This document shows positions 56,735 to 64,000 of a DNA stretch of 64,000 bases, one piece after another. The stretch is from an uncultured Gammaproteobacteria bacterium. Lineage in GTDB: Bacteria > Patescibacteriota > Microgenomatia > Daviesbacterales > UBA10151. Below the pieces are notes generated by a model. It searched no databases. It was not told the origin of the DNA and saw only the letters and a list, made by a program, of their open reading frames with translations. Made by a program: the position numbers and the translations under genes. The stretch spans positions 7,392 through 71,391 of the forward strand of contig CAYOSW010000004.1 in assembly GCA_964406775.1 (NCBI GenBank), given 5' to 3'. Each line of letters opens with the position of its first letter. The stretch's first letter is position 1.

Positions 56735-57061
56735 GTGAACGACCTGACTAAAAAGCATTGTGTTCCCTGTGAAAACGGTGAAGGAAAATTACCGATCGGT
56801 AAAATCAAAGAATATCTTCCTGTTGTTGAGGGGTGGTTTTTGATAGGTGATCAAATCAAAAGAGACTTTAAATTTAAAAATTTTAAAGAAGCTATGGAAT
56901 TTGTGAATAAAGTGGCCGATATCGCTGAATCGGAAGGTCATCACCCGGATATCTATATTTTCTATAACAAGGTCAGTCTGAATCTTTCCACTCACGCTGC
57001 TAAAGGACTTACCGAAAATGATTTTATCTTAGCTGCTAAAATTAATACCCTGGATGCTTAG
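56735..57061 (+). CDS. phhB: Pterin-4a-carbinolamine dehydratase
   Basis: CVPC, AESEGHHPD, THA..GLTENDFILAAKI. Confidence 0.92.
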   Translation: MNDLTKKHCVPCENGEGKLPIGKIKEYLPVVEGWFLIGDQIKRDFKFKNFKEAMEFVNKVADIAESEGHHPDIYIFYNKVSLNLSTHAAKGLTENDFILAAKINTLDA

Positions 57062-58503
57062 TATCTAGGTTCCTCGGGATTTTTCAAATATTCTTCCAAT
57101 CCGGCAATTCTATTTTTCACTTCATCCTCCCCTAATATTTGTATTGATTCAAAAAGAGGGGGAGTTACCAGCTGTCCGGAAACCGCGACCCGGATCAGTT
57201 GAAACATATCCAAATTCGAAGTCCCCAGCTCAACAGCCAAAGCTTTAAAGGCTTCTTCAAATTCTTTTGAGTCCCAGGGGTTTTTTAACTGCCCCAATTT
57301 TTCTGAAATTTTCTGCAGTGCTGTTTTTTTATCCTGAATTTTCACTTTTTCAATTTGCGCCATATCATATTCCGGTTTTCCGAAAAAGAAATCCGTTAAT
57401 GGAATAAAATCAGAAAGTTTCTTAATCCGTTCCTTGATCAGCGGGACCAGTTTCACCAGGATTTCCGTATCCGGTATATTTTTGGCTATGTGATCAACTT
57501 CTTTGAGATATTTTTCCAGCCTGCCTGCCAATTCCTCATCCGTCATTTTTCTAATATATTCCCCATTTATCCAGTCCAGTTTTACCGGATCAAAAGCCGG
57601 ACCGACGGGAGAAAAATCTTTTAAATCAAGTTTCTCTATGAATTCATCAATCGGGAAAATTTCCTTTTGTTCCGGATGCGACCAACCCATCAGCGCAAGA
57701 TAATTTAAAATCGCCTCAGGCAAATATCCGTCTTTTAAATACCAGGAAACCCAAACCGGATTGCGCCTTTTTGACAATTTAGATTTATCCGAATTACGTA
57801 AAATCGGCAAATGAACAAAAACAGGCAATTCCCAACCGAAGGCTTTGTACAACAGCACGTGTTTCGGAGTTGAGGAAATCCACTCTTCTGCCCTTATAAC
57901 GTGGGAAATTTTCATTGAATAATCGTCTACTACGACACCAAGGTGGTACGTCGGAAAACCGTCGGATTTAAGTAAAACCTGGTCATCCAGTTCTTTGCTG
58001 TTTATCGTAATCTTGCCTCTGATTAAGTCATCGAATGTTATGTCTTCATTTTCCGGAACTTTTAACCTGATTACAAATTTTTCCCCTGTTGCATTAGCGT
58101 CACAATATTCGCGGTGTTTCTTCTTAGTTCTTGAGGCCATCTCTTCGTTCCTGATTTTCTCCAGCTTTTCTTTGGAGCAAAAACATTTATATGCGAGATC
58201 CAGAGTTATCAGTTCCTGTGCGTAACCCTGATATAACTCCAGTCTTTCCGATTGTCTGTAAGGCTCAAAAGGTCCTCCGACTTCAGGACTTTCATCAGGT
58301 TTTAAACCGAAGGCGGCAATTGAAGCTAAAATAGTTTTCTCGGCGCCTTCAACATACCTTTCACGGTCCGTATCTTCAATCCGCACTACGAATTTACCAT
58401 TATTTTTCCTTGCAAACGCCCAATTTATTAAAGCTGTATAAAGATTACCTATATGTAAATCTTCGCCTGTTGGGGAAGGCGCAATTCTGGTTCTAACTTC
58501 CAT
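57058..58503 (-). CDS. gltX: Glutamate--tRNA ligase; start ATG 58503
   Basis: RIAPSPTG..HIGN, RIEDTD, YRQSER, KLSKR. Confidence 0.97.
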   Translation of the reverse strand: MEVRTRIAPSPTGEDLHIGNLYTALINWAFARKNNGKFVVRIEDTDRERYVEGAEKTILASIAAFGLKPDESPEVGGPFEPYRQSERLELYQGYAQELITLDLAYKCFCSKEKLEKIRNEEMASRTKKKHREYCDANATGEKFVIRLKVPENEDITFDDLIRGKITINSKELDDQVLLKSDGFPTYHLGVVVDDYSMKISHVIRAEEWISSTPKHVLLYKAFGWELPVFVHLPILRNSDKSKLSKRRNPVWVSWYLKDGYLPEAILNYLALMGWSHPEQKEIFPIDEFIEKLDLKDFSPVGPAFDPVKLDWINGEYIRKMTDEELAGRLEKYLKEVDHIAKNIPDTEILVKLVPLIKERIKKLSDFIPLTDFFFGKPEYDMAQIEKVKIQDKKTALQKISEKLGQLKNPWDSKEFEEAFKALAVELGTSNLDMFQLIRVAVSGQLVTPPLFESIQILGEDEVKNRIAGLEEYLKNPEEPRY

Positions 58504-58548
58504 ATGATCTGAAGTATAATATAACTTGCAGGCTATACGCCATACCAT

Positions 58549-59583
58549 ATGACCCTAACCGAAGCTGCCGCTTTTACCAAGAAGGGAATGATCGTTACTG
58601 CGATCACCCTATTCATAATTTTTGCTACCTGGGGAATCTGGCATTATTACTATAATTACATCTATCTGCCGAGCCTACCTCCTGTTGAAGAGGCACCGAC
58701 GTTAGCCTTCGGACCGCTACCCAAGCTCAAGTTTCCCGACTCAACTGTTGCCTCATCCAATTTTTCTTATTCTATGGATACAGATACCGGATCTCTGCCT
58801 ACTGATACACCTAAATTATTCAAGATTTATTCCGTCGCTCAACTGGCTACCGATTTATTGGCTTTGGACCGCGCAAAAAAACTCGCTAAAGACCTTGAGT
58901 TTAATCAGACACCTCAATCTCTTTCGGCGACCCAATATAAGTTTATTGATGATAAAAACGGCGGGGAATTAATTGTGGATCTGGATACGGGTAATTTTAA
59001 ATTCCGAAGGAGCACCGCCACACCGAGCGCCCAAAGCTCCGAGCGCATAGAGGATTTTATAGACGAGGATGGCCAGGCCCGTCAATTTAGGGCATATTTA
59101 ACCAGCAGAGGACTCCTTAAAGATCAGTTAAAAACCGGGCGTACATCAGTCGTTTATAATAACCCCGTCAAAAAGGACAGTACTCTGGTGACGATCAATC
59201 TCTGGCAGGACAGCATTGAGGACGTACCTATTGTCACTCCTAAATTTAAAGAAGGCTTAATTAAAACTGTCGGGACCAGCAGCCGGGATTCGGATAAAAA
59301 ATATATCCTGATGGACTATACCTTCTGGCCGATTGATTTGCAGAATTTCGGAACCTATCCGATTAAAACTGTGGAGGAGGCTTTTGAGGAGCTAAAAAAC
59401 GGCGACGGATTTGTAGCTCTTGAACCCAGATCAGGAAGTGCCTCAATAACCAAGGTTTATATCGGTTATTATCTTTCAGAGGAATATGCTAATTATCTGC
59501 AGCCCGTATTTGTATTTGAGGGACCTGAGTTCGCGGGACTTGTACCGGCTGTAAAAAGTGAATTTGTCGAAAACGCTAATTAA
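58549..59583 (+). CDS. Conserved-looking membrane-anchored hypothetical protein
   Basis: N-terminal TM, C-terminal 'YLQPVFVF'. Confidence 0.75.
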   Translation: MTLTEAAAFTKKGMIVTAITLFIIFATWGIWHYYYNYIYLPSLPPVEEAPTLAFGPLPKLKFPDSTVASSNFSYSMDTDTGSLPTDTPKLFKIYSVAQLATDLLALDRAKKLAKDLEFNQTPQSLSATQYKFIDDKNGGELIVDLDTGNFKFRRSTATPSAQSSERIEDFIDEDGQARQFRAYLTSRGLLKDQLKTGRTSVVYNNPVKKDSTLVTINLWQDSIEDVPIVTPKFKEGLIKTVGTSSRDSDKKYILMDYTFWPIDLQNFGTYPIKTVEEAFEELKNGDGFVALEPRSGSASITKVYIGYYLSEEYANYLQPVFVFEGPEFAGLVPAVKSEFVENAN

Positions 59584-60562
59584 CTACCCAGGTGTAATTC
59601 TCGTAGATCCAGTCAAGCAGGTTTTTTGTTTCACCGAACCTGTCCTTGCTGTTTAACATAACCGTTAAAACCGTATGCCCGTTTTTCTCGGAAAGTCCGA
59701 CCAGACTCTCCCCCGCCATCTCGGTAGTCCCGGTTTTTATACCGATAACACCGTCTTCACCTAAAAGCTTATTCAAATTCTTCAGAACATGAGTCTGGGA
59801 ACGGTCTATTGAGGTAACTTGTGTTTCTTTTGTTGAAAAAACTTTACCTAAACGGACATTTGCCATAGCTTCTTTTCCGATTTGCAGTAAATCATAAGCC
59901 GAGGAATAGTGAGTTGCGCTATCAAAACCTGCAGGATTATCAAAATGTGTATTCTCAAGGCCCAATTCCGCCACTTTCTGATTCATTTTTGAGATAAAGG
60001 CATCAAATCCTCCCGGATAATTTAAAGCGATCGTAAAAGCCGCATCATTACCGGAATTTAACATCATACCGTAAAGCAGACTCCTGAAAGTCATAACTTC
60101 CCCGGCCTTAAGACCCATATTCGAACCGCCGACCAAAGCATCCGCCGGAACCGTGAGTAGGTCGCTGTTGTTAAAATGCTCTATGGCAACTATAGCCGTC
60201 ATTATTTTTGTTGTTGAAGCCGGAGCCATTCTGGAATTCATATTTTTTTGATAAAGCATTTTCCCGGTTTCGGTATCGTATGCGGTAACGGCCTTTGCAC
60301 TGAGTTCAGGTTCGGCTATATTTTTTGAGGCTATTTGAACTTGAGGCTTTTGAGGGGCAATTGTTTCTGCAAGAACACTCCCCTGAAACGGCATTACCTG
60401 AGGAGGTAAATTTTGCGAGGAAGCTCGGCTTTCAACTAAATCCAAAGCTCTCGGCCCGGTAAGCAAAAATATAATTGAACCTGCAACAAGCAGAATAACA
60501 AAGGCCAGAATTCTGATTTTGCGCTTGCCGGATTTTGATGTCAGAAAGGGAGGCAGTTTCAT
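59576..60562 (-). CDS. D-alanyl-D-alanine carboxypeptidase (peptidase S11)
   Basis: STTK, SGN, KTG. Confidence 0.93.
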   Translation of the reverse strand: MKLPPFLTSKSGKRKIRILAFVILLVAGSIIFLLTGPRALDLVESRASSQNLPPQVMPFQGSVLAETIAPQKPQVQIASKNIAEPELSAKAVTAYDTETGKMLYQKNMNSRMAPASTTKIMTAIVAIEHFNNSDLLTVPADALVGGSNMGLKAGEVMTFRSLLYGMMLNSGNDAAFTIALNYPGGFDAFISKMNQKVAELGLENTHFDNPAGFDSATHYSSAYDLLQIGKEAMANVRLGKVFSTKETQVTSIDRSQTHVLKNLNKLLGEDGVIGIKTGTTEMAGESLVGLSEKNGHTVLTVMLNSKDRFGETKNLLDWIYENYTWVVN

Positions 60563-60566
60563 TAAA

Positions 60567-61886
60567 TTACTTCAAGGTTGATAAACGGACATCCACCCTT
60601 TCCATATCGCGGGGGAAAAGCGATGCCTGCCTGATGTTGGCAAGCTTGAGTAAATTCATTGTCATCCTCTCAAGTCCGAAAGAAAATCCACCCTCAGGAG
60701 GCATTCCGAATCTGAATGCCTGCAGATACATTTCAAACTGGGACGGGTTCATTCCTCTTTCTTTTATTGTTTCTACCAATTGGTCGTAATCGCTGATTCT
60801 CTGGCTTCCCGACAAAATTTCCAGACCTCGGAATAATAAATCATAACTTAAGCTGTATTCCGGATTTTCAGGATCAGGCATTGTATAAAAAGCACGTTTT
60901 TTAGTGGGGAAGTGGGTTATGGTAACGAGATCTGAACCGTGCTCTTTATTTGCCCATTTGCAGATATCAACTTCATCCTGGGGAGTTAAGTCTTTCTCTT
61001 TACGGTTATCCCTTCCGAATTCTTTATAAATTACTTCCTGGGCTTCCCTTAAAGTCAGGCGCGGGATTTTCCCGAAGGCAACCGGCTCCACATTAAATTC
61101 TTTTAATTCTTCCGGACAATTTTCCTCCGCATATTTCAAAACTTCTGTTCCCACTTTCTCGAGCATATCGAGTAGTTCTTCGAAATTAACAAATCCGAAT
61201 TCACAATCCATTTGAGTTGAAACGGATAAATGCCTCGTTGTGACCGAAGGTTCAGCCCGGTAAGCGTGAGCGATCGTAAAAACTCTTTCGAAAACAGGCA
61301 CCAGCATTTGTTTATATAGTTGCGGAGACTGAGTCATTGTCGCCTGGTGACCGTAATAATCAACTTTAAAGACCTCCGCGCCTCCTTCGGTTGAACCTAC
61401 TGCAATTTCCGGAACAACAATCTCCACACAATCCAGCTCTTTGGAAACCTTTCTGAATCCTTCGAGAATTGCCGATTGGACTTTAAAAATTGCCCTTACC
61501 TGCGGATGACGCAATGTCAGTGATCTGAAATCCAAAAGGGTAGGAAGCTGGAGTTCTAAATCCTTCATAGCAAGATCAAAAGGTAGTTCTGCAGCTTTCG
61601 ATATAACCTTAACGGTTTCGGATTGAAGCTCGATCTTACCCGTAGCTAAGTTAGGATTTATCAGTTTTTCCGGCCGGCCTGCAACTTTTCCGGTGATCTC
61701 AACTACATCCTGAGGTCTGATATCGCCTAAATTTTCTTTTGTGCAAAAAACCTGGATAATTCCGGTTCTATCAGCCACATCAAGAAAACCGATCTTGCCG
61801 TGATCGCGCCTGACCTGGACCCATCCGGATACCGTTACTGTTTCTCCGACCTTGTCATTGCAGTCTAAAATCAATGTTCTTTTCAT
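60567..61886 (-). CDS. aspS: Aspartate--tRNA ligase, short (archaeal-type, no GAD insertion)
   Basis: RRDHG, QSPQLYKQ, YRAE, EILSGSQR, GMPPEGG.SFGLER, FPRD. Confidence 0.92.
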   Translation of the reverse strand: MKRTLILDCNDKVGETVTVSGWVQVRRDHGKIGFLDVADRTGIIQVFCTKENLGDIRPQDVVEITGKVAGRPEKLINPNLATGKIELQSETVKVISKAAELPFDLAMKDLELQLPTLLDFRSLTLRHPQVRAIFKVQSAILEGFRKVSKELDCVEIVVPEIAVGSTEGGAEVFKVDYYGHQATMTQSPQLYKQMLVPVFERVFTIAHAYRAEPSVTTRHLSVSTQMDCEFGFVNFEELLDMLEKVGTEVLKYAEENCPEELKEFNVEPVAFGKIPRLTLREAQEVIYKEFGRDNRKEKDLTPQDEVDICKWANKEHGSDLVTITHFPTKKRAFYTMPDPENPEYSLSYDLLFRGLEILSGSQRISDYDQLVETIKERGMNPSQFEMYLQAFRFGMPPEGGFSFGLERMTMNLLKLANIRQASLFPRDMERVDVRLSTLK

Positions 61887-61932
61887 AATGTGGAAATAAT
61901 AGCAAAACCGAGGCTGGCTTACAATCTTAGAG

Positions 61933-63015
61933 TTAGGAATTTTGGGCTTTGTTACGCAGATAATGATCCATAACTGTCAGGGCCGACATTGCATCAACTA
62001 CCGGAACCGCACGAGGAAGAACGCAGGGATCGTGACGCCCTGAAGCTTCCAGTTCGACTTCTTCCAGATTACGGTTAACCGTATGCTGTTTTTTCTTAAT
62101 TGTCGATACACTTTTAAAGGCCACCCTGAAGTAAATTGTTTCACCCGAGGAAATCCCGCCCAAGACCCCTCCCGCATTATTAGTCCTTGTCTTAATTTTT
62201 CCGTCACTGATCATAAACTCGTCATTGTGTTCACTGCCCGGTTTAACAACTCCGGCAAATCCCGAACCTATCTCAAACCCCTTAACCGCGTTTATCGATA
62301 ACATAGCTTTACCTAAATCGGCATTTAATTTATCGAATACAGGTTCACCTAAACCTGCGGGAACATTTTTAATTACACCCGTGATAACTCCACCGATTGA
62401 ATCTCCGTCATCCCTCATTTTCTCAACAAGGGATATCATTTTTAAAGCGGCTTTGTTATCCGGACAACGGATAATATTTGATTCAATTCCTTCAGCTGTA
62501 ACGGAGTTAAAATCGATATCAGTTTTTATATCTCCGACTTGAGAAACAAAGCTTAAAATTTCAATTCCCAGTTTTTCTTTCAGATATTTTTTAGCAATCG
62601 CACCGGCTGCAACTCTCGCCAGAGTTTCTCTTGCTGAAGCCCTTCCCGATCCCCGGAAATCCCTGATTCCGTATTTCATTTCATAAGTAAAATCCGCATG
62701 CGATGGCCTGAATGCGTCTTTTAAGTGGTCGTAGTCTTCGGGACGCATATCCTTGTTATATGCCAGCATTAATATAGGAGTACCGGTAGTTTTACCCTCA
62801 AAATACCCCGACAGGATTTTAATCTCGTCTTCCTCTTTTCTGGGAGAAGTAATCGATGATTGACCGGGTTTTCTTCTATCCAATTCTTTTTGAATTTCCG
62901 CTTCGGTTATTTCAATTCCCGGAGGACAACCGTCAACCACGCAACCCACACAGCCTCCGTGAGACTCTCCGAATGTTGTTACTTTAAATAATTGTCCAAA
63001 CGTATTACCCGCCAT
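61933..63015 (-). CDS. aroC: Chorismate synthase
   Basis: GESHG, RPSHAD, RASARET, GRHDPC. Confidence 0.97.
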   Translation of the reverse strand: MAGNTFGQLFKVTTFGESHGGCVGCVVDGCPPGIEITEAEIQKELDRRKPGQSSITSPRKEEDEIKILSGYFEGKTTGTPILMLAYNKDMRPEDYDHLKDAFRPSHADFTYEMKYGIRDFRGSGRASARETLARVAAGAIAKKYLKEKLGIEILSFVSQVGDIKTDIDFNSVTAEGIESNIIRCPDNKAALKMISLVEKMRDDGDSIGGVITGVIKNVPAGLGEPVFDKLNADLGKAMLSINAVKGFEIGSGFAGVVKPGSEHNDEFMISDGKIKTRTNNAGGVLGGISSGETIYFRVAFKSVSTIKKKQHTVNRNLEEVELEASGRHDPCVLPRAVPVVDAMSALTVMDHYLRNKAQNS

Positions 63016-63691
63016 TTTTTAAAATCTCCAATATCTTTTCTAATTCACTTCTCGTCATCTGTCCCGGAGCTGATTCTCCCTGACTTTCTGCCGGGGCAAA
63101 GTTAAATTCATTACCCCATAAAGCCGAATATATTCTTACAATCCTCCCCTCTTTACCCATACCGCTAATCAGGAATTTTTTATTTTCCTTTTTAAGCTTA
63201 ATAAGAAGAGTCAGTAATTTTACCCCATCTTCCTCTTCTTTACAAAAACAGGAAAACTTAAAGATTGTCGGATTATATGCTTCCATTTTAGAAACCAGAT
63301 CCTGTAGATCGGACAAATCCGAAGTACTTTCATAATTATGATAGGAAACAATCAGTTTATTATTTAACTTTTCATTTTTTATAAAATCCAAATCTTCTTT
63401 TTGATCATTTATATCAAGATCTAAAAAATTTGCGGACGTTTCCAATAATTTTATTATCTTTTCTCTTTCTTCTTTTTTAAGATCCGATTTTTTCAGATCT
63501 TTTTTTCTGAATAAAAAGAGTAGCTTGTCCGGGTAAAGATCTGAAATCTTCCAGACAAAATCAAAATCCAAATCCTGAATGTAAGAAAGCCAGATCTCAT
63601 AAAAATCATATTCCGGATTGCCGGAGATAACCGCAAGAACTTCGTCCTTTGAATTTTGAATAACAGGTAAACAGTATTTAAACTCAGTCAT
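63005..63691 (-). CDS. aroD: Type I 3-dehydroquinate dehydratase
   Basis: IVSYHNY..T, K Schiff-base region, MGKEG..R, SAPGQ. Confidence 0.85.
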   Translation of the reverse strand: MTEFKYCLPVIQNSKDEVLAVISGNPEYDFYEIWLSYIQDLDFDFVWKISDLYPDKLLFLFRKKDLKKSDLKKEEREKIIKLLETSANFLDLDINDQKEDLDFIKNEKLNNKLIVSYHNYESTSDLSDLQDLVSKMEAYNPTIFKFSCFCKEEEDGVKLLTLLIKLKKENKKFLISGMGKEGRIVRIYSALWGNEFNFAPAESQGESAPGQMTRSELEKILEILKNGG

Positions 63692-64000
63692 CTAGTAATA
63701 CCTCCTCCATCTCTTTTATCGGCGCTTCAAACCCCGTATACATTTTAAATTGTTCTGCACCCTGGGATAAAAGCATCTCATAACCATACACAACTACCGC
63801 TCCCTGCTCTTTTGCATCCTGCAACAATTTAGTTTCCTTCGGCGAAAAGACTATATCCATAATGATTTGATCCCGTTTTAAAAACTTTTTATCAACCGGA
63901 CTTTCATCCGTATTCATTCCGACCGTAGTAGTATTGATGACAATATCCATTCCGGAAATTTCACCTATTGATTCCATCCCGCTAAAACTACAACCGAATT
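63684..64000 (-). CDS. aroE: Shikimate dehydrogenase, 3' part (truncated by window edge)
   Basis: INTTTVGM, DIVFSP.ET, G.EMLL.QG..QF. Confidence 0.88.
   Translation of the reverse strand, partial: FGCSFSGMESIGEISGMDIVINTTTVGMNTDESPVDKKFLKRDQIIMDIVFSPKETKLLQDAKEQGAVVVYGYEMLLSQGAEQFKMYTGFEAPIKEMEEVLLDD

Noticed and set aside
253-62542. Numerous 60-150 aa ORFs antisense to or nested in long genes
   Set aside because: Shadow frames of well-supported genes with no motifs or expression signals
1-64000. Alternative genetic code (UGA=Gly, code 25)
   Set aside because: Conserved genes are full length under code 11 and several end at TGA at their expected C-termini

Overview
A gene-dense, roughly 40% GC (by eye) bacterial chromosomal segment read in standard code 11. 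Gene content and style (split transketolase, short AspRS, DUF5684, DipZ, many apparently leaderless promoters) suggest a CPR/Patescibacteria genome, probably Microgenomates; this is inference. Left to right: (1) a 15-kb minus-strand surface-glycan operon headed by a 1570-aa GT2-GT2(QxxRW)-flippase-GT4 fusion and containing a CDP-sugar pathway; (2) a peptidoglycan-remodelling cluster (DacA-like, YkuD L,D-transpeptidase, VanW); (3) sugar/redox genes, a CsoR-CopA-CopZ copper operon and non-oxidative pentose phosphate genes; (4) a T-box riboswitch with an ultrashort Stem I and apparent Cys specificity, controlling an ATP-grasp ligase operon (the most striking find); (5) thioredoxin-DipZ and an OmpR two-component system with a visible four-promoter direct-repeat regulon including a MacAB-type exporter; (6) a Doc toxin with an unannotated 41-aa antitoxin; (7) a small compositionally foreign island next to a tRNA-Gln(CUG) that is flanked by partial copies of itself; (8) gltX, dac, aspS and aroC-aroD-aroE. 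No CRISPR array, rRNA, transposase or integrase was seen. All calls come from motif recognition by eye; no searches were run.
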